Part shown: in pieces, positions 10,637 to 19,092 of the stretch
How positions within the stretch are numbered: position 1 is the first letter of the stretch
Layout of the letters: every line of letters begins with the position of its first letter
Source: an uncultured Gammaproteobacteria bacterium
GTDB lineage: Bacteria; Pseudomonadota; Gammaproteobacteria; JABCZS01
Reading direction: 5' to 3'
Assembly (NCBI GenBank): GCA_963848305.1
Contig: CAWKDC010000004.1
Span: 1 to 51,504, forward strand
Length of the DNA: 51,504 nt
Position numbers and translations under genes: made by a program
Notes under the pieces: model-generated
Database searches by the model: none
What the model was told of the DNA's origin: nothing
Seen by the model: only the letters and a program-made list of their open reading frames with translations

Positions 10637-10804
10637 GGTCAGTGTTGACCTGCCCTGGGATTTTCAAACCAAGATAAATTCTAGATAATGGTTCATGTTA
10701 TGTGGCTGGACAAACAGTGCTGTTTGGTTGGTCAATTGGGTTGGAAATTTGTACGACAAGGCCATATAGCCCATAGAGTAAATGAAAAAGCACCACATAA
10801 GGGC

Positions 10805-10834
10805 TTGAATATGCTGTCACCTAGGCGGTATATT
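10805..10834 (+). promoter_or_regulatory. Putative sigma70 promoter
   Basis: TTGAAT-N18-TATATT. Confidence 0.45.
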
Positions 10835-10840
10835 CATCTA

Positions 10841-10918
10841 CGCAGCGTGGCTGCATAGCTGGTTCGGTTTTAGGGGGCAATTCCACCTTCAAAAAAAACC
10901 GCCTTTCGGCGGTTTTTT
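10841..10918 (+). ncRNA. Candidate ~80-nt small RNA of unknown family
   Basis: Lies between a promoter-like motif and an intrinsic terminator. 5' hairpin GCAGC-GTG-GCTGC. No plausible ORF. Confidence 0.4.
10891..10918. terminator. Bidirectional intrinsic terminator
   Basis: AAAAAAAACCGCC-TTTC-GGCGGTTTTTT. Confidence 0.85.
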
Positions 10919-10945
10919 ATACAACGTTGGTACAACATGTTTTGA

Positions 10946-11659
10946 TTACATGAAGCGATAGAACAAGCTAGCGCCAATGATATCAGAAATGTAGTAGTCT
11001 TCTTGGTTGTTGAAGTTAGGCGCAACAACGGTATACTCACCACGGATACCAAACTGTTCATAGCTTAACTCAAGACCAGCGCCGTATGTCAGAGCAAAGG
11101 TGCTCAACTCAGGATTTGGATCTGGGTATTGGGTAGATAATCCGCCATCAAGGTCGGTGGTGTTGACATAGTAAGCGATACCGCCTTTAGCGAATACATC
11201 GAAATAGTCGCCAATCGGCCACTTAACAAGACCTACACCGTGTACATTCCACTGATTTACCTGAGCTGTTTGTGTACAGATGTCTTTGCAACCTGGGATC
11301 CCAAGATCATAACCAGTTGAGCGAAACTCTTGTTGACCTAACCAGGTATAACCGACTTCAAATGCAAAATGGTTGCTGACTTTGCGACCAACGTAAACAT
11401 CGAAGCCTGTGCCATTCTCAGATTTTTCAAACGAGGTGACGTGGCCATATTGGCTCTCATCCCAAGGCATGTCAACAGTTGGTAATTTAGCGCTTTGAGA
11501 TGCATCCCAATTAGCGCCAGCGCCGATGTACCAGCCTTCAGCCCAGTTACTGTTGTAACCATGATGGCTGTAGGAAGGTGCGTTTTGTCCACCAGCAGAA
11601 GCCGTTAAGCACAAGGCCAGCGTGGCAGCTGATGACAAAGTTAGTTGTCTTATGTTCAT
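10946..11659 (-). CDS. Outer-membrane beta-barrel protein (OmpA transmembrane-like), paralogue A
   Basis: Signal peptide; GWYIGAG; FAFEVGY; FAKGGIAY; YGAGLE; C-terminal YRFM. Confidence 0.85.
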   Translation of the reverse strand: MNIRQLTLSSAATLALCLTASAGGQNAPSYSHHGYNSNWAEGWYIGAGANWDASQSAKLPTVDMPWDESQYGHVTSFEKSENGTGFDVYVGRKVSNHFAFEVGYTWLGQQEFRSTGYDLGIPGCKDICTQTAQVNQWNVHGVGLVKWPIGDYFDVFAKGGIAYYVNTTDLDGGLSTQYPDPNPELSTFALTYGAGLELSYEQFGIRGEYTVVAPNFNNQEDYYISDIIGASLFYRFM

Positions 11660-11813
11660 ATTATTCCCCTATTACGTGATAGTTGTATGCCGGGTGCAGA
11701 TCAGTTTCAAGCTCATTCTTCTTGACAGCAAACTTATTTGCGGTTGGGCTAGGATTTGATAAAACAACGGCTCTTTTATGAAATTCTATTCGGTTGCCCG
11801 ACACAATATTTCG

Positions 11814-11842
11814 AGTATAGAAGGGGATTTTGATGTTTTCAA
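11814..11842 (-). promoter_or_regulatory. sigma70 promoter of OMP paralogue A
   Basis: TTGAAA-N17-TATACT on the minus strand. Confidence 0.65.
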
Positions 11843-11887
11843 GTGGAAAACTAAATAAATTGTTCAAAATTTGAACAGGTCAAAGAT

Positions 11888-11915
11888 AAAAAAAGGCCAC
11901 CCGAAGGTGGCCTTT
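11888..11915 (-). terminator. Intrinsic terminator of OMP paralogue B
   Basis: AAAGGCCACC-CGAA-GGTGGCCTTT hairpin with a minus-strand U tract. Confidence 0.85.
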
Positions 11916-11941
11916 CATTGACTCAGCGTCACTATCCCTTC

Positions 11942-12652
11942 TTAGATGAAGCGATAGAACAAGCTAGCACCTACCAATTGGGAGATGTAGAATGCGTTTT
12001 GGTTTGCTTGTGTCGTGGCCAAGCCTGTGTATTCGCCACGAACGCCAAAGCGATCGCTGCCAATTTCAAGACCTGCGCCATAAACGAAGGCAAAGGAGCT
12101 CAGCTCGTTATCACCAATGAAGTATGGAACACCGTCATCGTCTCCTGAGAACTCAGTTTTATTGGAGTAGTAAGCTGCGCCGCCCTTTGCGAATACACTG
12201 AAGTATTCTGCAACTGGCCAGTAAGCCAAGCCTACAGCATGAATATTCCATTGTTCGACTTTACCATAAACGGGGTCTTTAGGATCGCCGCCGTCGGTGA
12301 AACCTTGGAATTTCTGATCGCCAACCCAAGAGTAACCCAATTCGAACGCAAAGTGTCTGTGGACTCTTTTGCCGACATAAATATCGAAGCCGACATCGTT
12401 GTCTTCAAGTTCGAAATTATATGTGTCTTCAAAGCTTCCATAAAACCAAGGCGCATTGGCATAGAGCGTTTCGTTTGTGTTGGCGACATCCCCGTTCACA
12501 CCTGCACCAACGTACCAGCCTTGAGCCCAGTTATCGTGATGATGTTTACGGCCTTCATGGCTATAAGAAGGATTATTAACGCCGCCAGCAGATGCAGTCA
12601 CGCACAATGCCAGCGTTGCAGCTGTTGCTAAACATACTTGTTTCATATTCAT
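11942..12652 (-). CDS. Outer-membrane beta-barrel protein, paralogue B
   Basis: AGGGG RBS before MNMKQVCLA signal peptide; OmpA-type strands; C-terminal YRFI. Confidence 0.85.
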   Translation of the reverse strand: MNMKQVCLATAATLALCVTASAGGVNNPSYSHEGRKHHHDNWAQGWYVGAGVNGDVANTNETLYANAPWFYGSFEDTYNFELEDNDVGFDIYVGKRVHRHFAFELGYSWVGDQKFQGFTDGGDPKDPVYGKVEQWNIHAVGLAYWPVAEYFSVFAKGGAAYYSNKTEFSGDDDGVPYFIGDNELSSFAFVYGAGLEIGSDRFGVRGEYTGLATTQANQNAFYISQLVGASLFYRFI

Positions 12653-12781
12653 CAGTTTTCCCCTATTACGTAATAGATAGAATGCCCGCAAAACAAATAA
12701 ATGCTTTGCTATACGCAGAGGATTTGATAAGAGAATGAGGCTTAGCAAATCCGTTTGCAGTATTTTTGACATGTTGGAAAG

Positions 12782-12810
12782 ATTATAGGACGAGTGTTTG
12801 ATATTTGCAA
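12782..12810 (-). promoter_or_regulatory. sigma70 promoter of OMP paralogue B
   Basis: TTGCAA-N17-TATAAT on the minus strand. Confidence 0.75.
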
Positions 12811-12852
12811 GGAATTTGATACAAAAGATTAAAAGTAAGGTATTTAAAATGC

Positions 12853-12882
12853 AAAAAGGTGCCCTTTGCAGAGCACCTTTTT
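12853..12882 (-). terminator. Intrinsic terminator of OMP paralogue C
   Basis: AAAAAGGTGC...GCACCTTTTT. Confidence 0.8.
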
Positions 12883-12895
12883 GGCACGTTCAGGC

Positions 12896-13603
12896 TTAGA
12901 AGCGGTAGAACACGCTAGCACCTACCAATTGGGAGATGTAGAATGCGTTTTGATTTGCTTGGGTTGTGGTCAAGCCTGTGTATTCACCACGAACACCAAA
13001 GTGATCAACGCCGATTTCAAGTCCTGCACCATAAACGAAGGCAAAAGAATCCAATTTGTTTTCGCCATCGTAGTAGCCAGTTCCCTCGTCAATTTCAGTG
13101 AACTCAGTTTTATTGGAGTAGTAAGCTGCACCACCCTTCAAGAAAACACTGAAGTATTCTGCGACTGGCCAGTAAGCCAAGCCAACGGCATGAATGTTCC
13201 ATTGTTCAACTTTAGCTTTGTATATATAAGCGCTATCATTGTAGTATAAGCTTTGGAATTTCTGATCGCCAACCCAAGAGTAACCCAATTCAAACGCAAA
13301 GTGTTTGTGGGTTCTTTTACCGACATAAATATCGAAGCCGACATCGTTGTCTTCTTGCTGGAAGTCCGCACCATCAGAGCCAAAGCTATATAAATACCAA
13401 GGCGCAATGGCTTCGATTTGTTCGTTTGTGTTGGCGACATCTCCGTTCACACCTGCACCAACGTACCAGCCGTGTGACCAGTCATGGTGATGATGCTCGT
13501 GTCCTTCATGGCTATAAGAAGGATTATTAACGCCGCCAGCAGATGCAGTCACGCACAATGCCAGCGTTGCAGCTGTTGCTAAACATACTTGTTTCATATT
13601 CAT
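12896..13603 (-). CDS. Outer-membrane beta-barrel protein, paralogue C
   Basis: Same signal peptide and strands as B; C-terminal YRF. Confidence 0.85.
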   Translation of the reverse strand: MNMKQVCLATAATLALCVTASAGGVNNPSYSHEGHEHHHHDWSHGWYVGAGVNGDVANTNEQIEAIAPWYLYSFGSDGADFQQEDNDVGFDIYVGKRTHKHFAFELGYSWVGDQKFQSLYYNDSAYIYKAKVEQWNIHAVGLAYWPVAEYFSVFLKGGAAYYSNKTEFTEIDEGTGYYDGENKLDSFAFVYGAGLEIGVDHFGVRGEYTGLTTTQANQNAFYISQLVGASVFYRF

Positions 13604-13732
13604 CAGTTTTCCCCTATTACGTAATAGATAGAATGCCCGCAAAGCAAATAAATGCTTTGCCATACGCAGAGGATTTGATAAGAGAATGAGGCTTAGCAAA
13701 TCCGTTTGCAGTATTTTTGACATGTTGAAAGG

Positions 13733-13761
13733 ATTATAAGACGAGAGTTTTGTATTTGCAA
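13733..13761 (-). promoter_or_regulatory. sigma70 promoter of OMP paralogue C
   Basis: TTGCAA-N17-TATAAT on the minus strand. Confidence 0.75.
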
Positions 13762-13803
13762 GGAATTTGATACAAAAGGTTAAAAGGAAGGTATTTAAAA
13801 TGC

Positions 13804-13833
13804 AAAAAGGTGCCCTTTGCAGAGCACCTTTTT
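13804..13833 (-). terminator. Intrinsic terminator of OMP paralogue D
   Basis: Identical to 12853-12882. Confidence 0.8.
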
Positions 13834-13846
13834 GGCACGTTCAGGC

Positions 13847-14542
13847 TTAGAAGCGGTAGAACACGCTAGCACCTACCAATTGGGAGATGTAGAATGCGTT
13901 TTGATTTGCTTGGGTTGTGGTCAAGCCTGTGTATTCACCACGAACACCAAAGTGATCAACAGCGATTTCAAGACCTGCGCCATAGACGAAAGCAAATGTA
14001 CTCAGCTCATTGTTGCCCCAGAAGTATTCATCGCCAGCATCATTTTCAGAGAATTCAGTTTTATTGGAGTAGTAAGCTGCACCACCCTTCAAGAAAACAC
14101 TGAAGTATTCTGCGACTGGCCAGTAAGCCAAACCAACCGCGTGAATATTCCATTGTTCCACTTTGGCATAATTGATCCGATCCTCTGAGTATAGCGATTG
14201 GAATTTCTGATCGCCAACCAAAGAGTAACCCAGTTCAAACGCAAAGTGTTTGTGGGTTCTTTTGCCGACATAAATGTCGAAACCAACATCGTTGTCATTT
14301 AATTGAAATTCACCCGAATCAAAGGATTCTAAAAACCAAATAGAGTTTGCATAAACAGTTTCGTTTTCATTTGCCACGTCACCATTCACACCTGCACCAA
14401 CGTACCAGCCGTGTGACCAGTCATGGTGATGATGCTCGTGTCCTTCATGATTATAAGAAGGATTGTTCACGCCGCCAGCAGATGCAGCCACGCACAATGC
14501 CAGCGTTGCAGCTGTTGCTAAACATACTTGTTTCATATTCAT
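13847..14542 (-). CDS. Outer-membrane beta-barrel protein, paralogue D
   Basis: Near-identical signal peptide and strands; C-terminal YRF. Confidence 0.85.
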   Translation of the reverse strand: MNMKQVCLATAATLALCVAASAGGVNNPSYNHEGHEHHHHDWSHGWYVGAGVNGDVANENETVYANSIWFLESFDSGEFQLNDNDVGFDIYVGKRTHKHFAFELGYSLVGDQKFQSLYSEDRINYAKVEQWNIHAVGLAYWPVAEYFSVFLKGGAAYYSNKTEFSENDAGDEYFWGNNELSTFAFVYGAGLEIAVDHFGVRGEYTGLTTTQANQNAFYISQLVGASVFYRF

Positions 14543-14665
14543 CAGTTTTCCCCTATGACGTAATAGATAGAATGTCCGCAAAACGGAATTGTTTTGCCAT
14601 ATACAGAGGATTTGATAAATGAGGCTTAGCAAATCCGTTTGCACTATTATTGACATATTCAAGCC

Positions 14666-14694
14666 AGTATAAAGGCTGTTTTTGATATTTGCAA
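14666..14694 (-). promoter_or_regulatory. sigma70 promoter of OMP paralogue D
   Basis: TTGCAA-N17-TATACT on the minus strand. Confidence 0.7.
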
Positions 14695-14863
14695 GAAAGT
14701 TTGATAAAGAACGTTCCATTTTTAAAATGAAAGGAGGGCGCGTTAGGTGCAACTGACTAATAAAAAATAAATTTTTTGGTGATACCGTTTCTCGACAAAT
14801 TGAATTACAATGTTACAACGACGCGCCATATTACGCGGCGCATCACGTTATCAAGGAGGATAT

Positions 14864-16822
14864 ATGTCGTGTTTCTTACGTAGTGTCAGTGCGCTTAGCT
14901 TGACATTCTCATGTCTGCTGACAGCATATGCAGACAACGCATCGGTTGATGCATCCATGTTGTGTATTCAAGGTATGACCGGATGCGGTATCGCTTATGA
15001 TACTCCTATCGAATCTACCCCTACGCCCATGATTCTGGGGAATACATACCAAACAAGTTACACGATTGATAATCAAAGTGGCAATACAGTGAGCATTGTA
15101 CTGAGTCTGGAAGAGCTGGACGTACTCGGTGACACCGGAGCGGTTACCATTGATGGAAGTACCACTTGCCCACTCGATGGCGATCTTGACTCAGACACAT
15201 CCTGCAATATCGTGCTTGATTTTCAACCTACTATCGCTGGTGACTTAAGCTGGACGTTCACAATTACCCCAGACACTGTGCAACTGCCTTTAGTGTTGCC
15301 GCTACAAGCGACTGTGCAATCGTTAGCCATCATTTCGGCTGCTGGTGGTTATTACAGCGATGGTGCTAATACCTACCCCCTGCTTGCTATCTCAACAGAT
15401 GGCGGTGACTGGGGCTATTCGCTTGATGGTTCAACATCCCCCCTGCCTTATGGTTTGGATTCCGGGTCATCTGCAACCATTACTTCAGTGAGTTGTTCAT
15501 CCCTTGCTTATTGCGCTGCGGCCGGCCAATATTCAGTTGCTTATTCTCTCTATCCCTTTGCCGCCTCCTATAATGGCGTAGATAGCTGGGCATACACATT
15601 TGACTACAACACTGTTCAAACACTGATCACTGACGATTCTTTTGACTATAACGGTTATGGCGGTTTTAACGCTGCATTCTGTTTAGGTGATGTTTGTATG
15701 TTGGGCGGATCTTATGTAAATACCTCCGAATACACCTACCCCATGTTGGTGACCAGTGTGAGTGGTGGAGACTGGGCGTTAGATGTCTCTAGTGCGGAGA
15801 ATCTTCCTGAAGATATAACAACCAGCTCGACCCCATATCAAGGTATATTCGGCTTGAATGGTGCTGGCAGTAACTTTGTGTTGTCCGGGTGGTATACCAA
15901 TACCAGCAGTGCGGCAGTTCCTTTATTAGCCTACAGTGATGACAATGGCAGCACGTGGACATATCCTTCACCTTCGGATATTGCTGGCTTGCTACCAAGC
16001 GATTACAACTCTAATGCTGAACTTCTTGCTCTGGACTGCAGTGGCAGTATTTGTATAACTTCCGGAAGCTATATCAATGGTTCTACCAGCCAGGGGCTCG
16101 CCTACATGAGCTTTGACCAAGGCGAAACCTGGCCCCTGACCTACTCAAGCGATAGCCCCCTCGCTCCATCCGATTGGGCAGGATCCGGTAATGGCGCCCT
16201 TTATGGTGTCAGCTGCAACGAGTATGCATGTGCAATCGCTGGAGGCTATTGGATTGGTTATCCAGCCCCCTACATGGCTGTCGCTGTATTCAGCGATGAG
16301 TATCCTTGCACCGACTCGAGTAACTGTAATTGGGTTGTTGCGATAAATTCTAGCACCAATCTTCCGAGTGATGATTCTAGTAGCGCCTCATTCAACAATG
16401 TCGCTTGTGCGCAAACAACCTGTGTTGCCGTTGGATCCTATGTTAGTTCAATCGATGGCAATGTATACCCGCTCGTTGGCACATATGATCTGGCGCTTGG
16501 CACGGTGTCATATACGGTTGATCAAAGCAGTATCAACACGACCATCGATGCAAATGATACACCGCCTGATTATTATCTCTCAGGATCCTCATATACAAAC
16601 TTGTTGCAAGTCGATTGTTCGTTAGCATCCTGTGTTGCATCAGGTTATTATTCTAGCGCGGAAAACACTGGCTCCACTTCCTACCCATTCTTGGTGACAA
16701 GCACTGATTCGGGAAACACGTGGAGCTACGCCATCGATGGCGACCCATCAACACTTCCTTCATCATTCGCTTCGGGAGTGTTCAAGTCGGATGGCATCAC
16801 ACCACCTACATTGAAAAAGTAA
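14864..16822 (+). CDS. Secreted Cys-rich Asp-box/BNR-repeat protein (probable Ig-like domain plus beta-propeller), copy 1
   Basis: GGAGG RBS; signal peptide ending AYA-D; Asp-boxes SDDNGSTW, SFDQGETW, STDSGNTW; repeated Cx4-5C..GxY...YP units. Confidence 0.75.
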   Translation: MSCFLRSVSALSLTFSCLLTAYADNASVDASMLCIQGMTGCGIAYDTPIESTPTPMILGNTYQTSYTIDNQSGNTVSIVLSLEELDVLGDTGAVTIDGSTTCPLDGDLDSDTSCNIVLDFQPTIAGDLSWTFTITPDTVQLPLVLPLQATVQSLAIISAAGGYYSDGANTYPLLAISTDGGDWGYSLDGSTSPLPYGLDSGSSATITSVSCSSLAYCAAAGQYSVAYSLYPFAASYNGVDSWAYTFDYNTVQTLITDDSFDYNGYGGFNAAFCLGDVCMLGGSYVNTSEYTYPMLVTSVSGGDWALDVSSAENLPEDITTSSTPYQGIFGLNGAGSNFVLSGWYTNTSSAAVPLLAYSDDNGSTWTYPSPSDIAGLLPSDYNSNAELLALDCSGSICITSGSYINGSTSQGLAYMSFDQGETWPLTYSSDSPLAPSDWAGSGNGALYGVSCNEYACAIAGGYWIGYPAPYMAVAVFSDEYPCTDSSNCNWVVAINSSTNLPSDDSSSASFNNVACAQTTCVAVGSYVSSIDGNVYPLVGTYDLALGTVSYTVDQSSINTTIDANDTPPDYYLSGSSYTNLLQVDCSLASCVASGYYSSAENTGSTSYPFLVTSTDSGNTWSYAIDGDPSTLPSSFASGVFKSDGITPPTLKK

Positions 16823-16955
16823 TTCGGTCAATGTAAAAAGTTGTGATGACGCGACAAGGGGCATGAAAATTTTCAAGCCCCTTGTTTTTTATAAAGTAAA
16901 CACTATTTACTTAGTAGGCTATGATTATAGCATGCCAGATTATCAAGGAGGATAT

Positions 16956-18905
16956 ATGTCGTGTTTCTTACGTAGTGTCAGTGCGCTTAGCTTGACATTC
17001 TCATGTCTGCTGACAGCATATGCAGACAACGCATCGGTTGATGTATCCATGTTGTGTATTCAAGGTATGACTGGATGTGGTATCGCTTATGATATCCCTA
17101 TCGAACCTACCCCTACATCTATGAATACCACCACTACATACCAAACAAGTTACACGATTGATAATCAAAGTGGCAATACAGTGAGCATTGTACTGAGTCT
17201 GCAAGAGCTGGACTCACTGGGTGACACTGGGGCAGTTACCATTGATGGAAGTACTACTTGCCCACTCGATGGCGATCTTGACTCAGATACATCCTGCAAT
17301 ATCGTGCTTGATTTTCAACCATCCATCCCTGGCGACTTAAACTGGACGTTCACAGTTACCCCTGACACTGCGCAACTGCCTTTAGTGTTGCCACTACAAG
17401 CGACTGTCGTAGGCTCAATCACTTACGCGGCTGCTGGTGGTTATTACTCAAATGATACTTATACCTATCCTTTGCTTGCTATCTCGGCAGACAATGGCGC
17501 CTGGGGCTATCCGATTGATGATGAAACATCCCCCCTGCCTTATGGTTTAGATATCGAATCAACCGCACCCATTGTGTCTGTGAGTTGCTCACTTCTTGGC
17601 TATTGTGCTGGGGTTGGGCAATATAGCTATGAAGGGGGTGACTATCCTTTTGCTACTACTAATAACGGGATAGACAGCTGGGCATACACGTTCGACTACA
17701 ATTCTGTTCAAACGCTGAATACTGATGATTCTTTTGACTATAGTACTTATGGCAGTTTTAATATCGCATACTGTTCTGGTGATGTTTGTATGTTGGGCGG
17801 ATCTTATGTAAACACCTCCGAATACACCTACCCCATGTTGGTGACCAGCGTGAGTGGCGGAGATTGGACGATAGATGTCTCTAGTGCGCAGAATCTTCCT
17901 GAAGATATAACAACCAGCTCTACTCCATATCAAGGTATATTCGGCCTGAGTGGCACTGGCGGTAACTTTGTATTATCCGGGTGGTATACCAATACCAGCA
18001 GTAATGCTCTGCCTTTGTTGGCCTACAGCGCTGACAATGGGGGCACATGGACATATCCCAGCCTTTCATTGCCGGGAGATTACGTTGGCCATGCTGAACT
18101 TTATGAATCAAGCTGCAGCGGTAATATCTGTATGTCTTCTGGATCCTACAACAATGGCATTAGTCAGCTACCACTTGCGTACACGAGCTTTGACGAAGGC
18201 GAAACCTGGAGCCTAACGTTTGACAGCCTTAGTCCTGCCGGACTTATTCCAGGAGATTGGAATTACGGTAATGATGGCGATATTAATAGTGTTAGCTGCA
18301 ACGAGTTTGCGTGCGCAGTATCAGGGGGATATTACAATGGTTCCCCAATTCCCTACCTGGCTGTCGCTGTATTCAGCGATGAGTATCCTTGCACCAACTC
18401 GAGTAACTGCAATTGGGTTCTAGGAGTTGATTCTACTACCAATCTCCCAAGTGATGATGCTAATTACGCTGCGTTCAGCGATGTTGCTTGTTCGCAAACA
18501 ACCTGTGTTGCCGTTGGAGCCTATCATAGTTCAATCGATGGCAATGTATACCCGCTCGTTGGCATATATGATCTGGAGCTTGGCACGGTGTCATACACGC
18601 TTGATCAAAGCAGTATTAATGCGACTATCGATGCAAACGATACACCGCCAGATTTTTATCTCTCAGGACATGCACATACAACCTTGACGCAAGTCAATTG
18701 TTCGTTAGCATTTTGTGTTGCATCAGGTGTTTACTCCAGCGAAGAAGACTCTGGTACCACTACCTACCCATTTGTGGTAACATCCCGCGACTCAGGTCAC
18801 ACATGGAGCTATACCATTGATGGTGATCCATCAACACTTCCTCCATCATTCGTGTCAGGGGAGTTCGTGTCAAGTGACATCACGCCACCGACGTTGAAGA
18901 AGTAG
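16956..18905 (+). CDS. Secreted Cys-rich Asp-box/BNR-repeat protein, copy 2
   Basis: Paralogue of copy 1 with identical RBS and signal peptide; SADNGGTW, SFDEGETW, SRDSGHTW. Confidence 0.75.
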   Translation: MSCFLRSVSALSLTFSCLLTAYADNASVDVSMLCIQGMTGCGIAYDIPIEPTPTSMNTTTTYQTSYTIDNQSGNTVSIVLSLQELDSLGDTGAVTIDGSTTCPLDGDLDSDTSCNIVLDFQPSIPGDLNWTFTVTPDTAQLPLVLPLQATVVGSITYAAAGGYYSNDTYTYPLLAISADNGAWGYPIDDETSPLPYGLDIESTAPIVSVSCSLLGYCAGVGQYSYEGGDYPFATTNNGIDSWAYTFDYNSVQTLNTDDSFDYSTYGSFNIAYCSGDVCMLGGSYVNTSEYTYPMLVTSVSGGDWTIDVSSAQNLPEDITTSSTPYQGIFGLSGTGGNFVLSGWYTNTSSNALPLLAYSADNGGTWTYPSLSLPGDYVGHAELYESSCSGNICMSSGSYNNGISQLPLAYTSFDEGETWSLTFDSLSPAGLIPGDWNYGNDGDINSVSCNEFACAVSGGYYNGSPIPYLAVAVFSDEYPCTNSSNCNWVLGVDSTTNLPSDDANYAAFSDVACSQTTCVAVGAYHSSIDGNVYPLVGIYDLELGTVSYTLDQSSINATIDANDTPPDFYLSGHAHTTLTQVNCSLAFCVASGVYSSEEDSGTTTYPFVVTSRDSGHTWSYTIDGDPSTLPPSFVSGEFVSSDITPPTLKK

Positions 18906-18926
18906 TGCGGTGAAAAAATGCAGCGA

Positions 18927-18960
18927 CAAAGGGACTTGGGTAGCCAAGTCCCTTTTGTTT
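18927..18960. terminator. Intrinsic terminator
   Basis: AAAGGGACTTGG-GTAG-CCAAGTCCCTTTTGTTT. Confidence 0.85.
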
Positions 18961-18992
18961 TAGAAAAAGTATTTGCTGATGAATTGCTGTTG

Positions 18993-19065
18993 TGCCCCGG
19001 GCAGGAATCGAACCTGCGACCTTCCCCTTAGGAGGGGGACGCGCTATCCACTGTGCCACCGGGGC
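18993..19065 (-). tRNA. tRNA-Arg(CCT), CCA not encoded
   Basis: Reverse complement GCCCCGGTGGCACAGTGGATAGCGCGTCCCC-CTCCTAA-GGGGAAGGTCGCAGGTTCGATTCCTGCCCGGGGCA folds as a cloverleaf. Confidence 0.95.
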
Positions 19066-19092
19066 GCTTGACTATTATACGCAATTATTCAG

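Noticed and set aside
11918-14622. Repeated antisense ORFs over the OMP genes, and similar shadow ORFs elsewhere
   Set aside because: They recur only because the sense genes are duplicated; no RBS or recognisable motifs.
2376-16955. Longer N-termini in the ORF track (2376, 5107, 7868, 12772, 13723, 14752, 14810, 16863)
   Set aside because: Downstream ATGs have clear RBSs and start the shared N-terminus or signal peptide. The extensions overlap the previous gene, leader or promoter.
1-18905. Diversity-generating retroelement or invertase shufflon behind the variation
   Set aside because: No reverse transcriptase or recombinase in the window, all copies are direct repeats, and differences are not adenine-specific.
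14864-18905. Sialidase/neuraminidase annotation from the Asp-boxes
   Set aside because: The mature proteins have zero or one Arg, so the catalytic arginine triad cannot be present.
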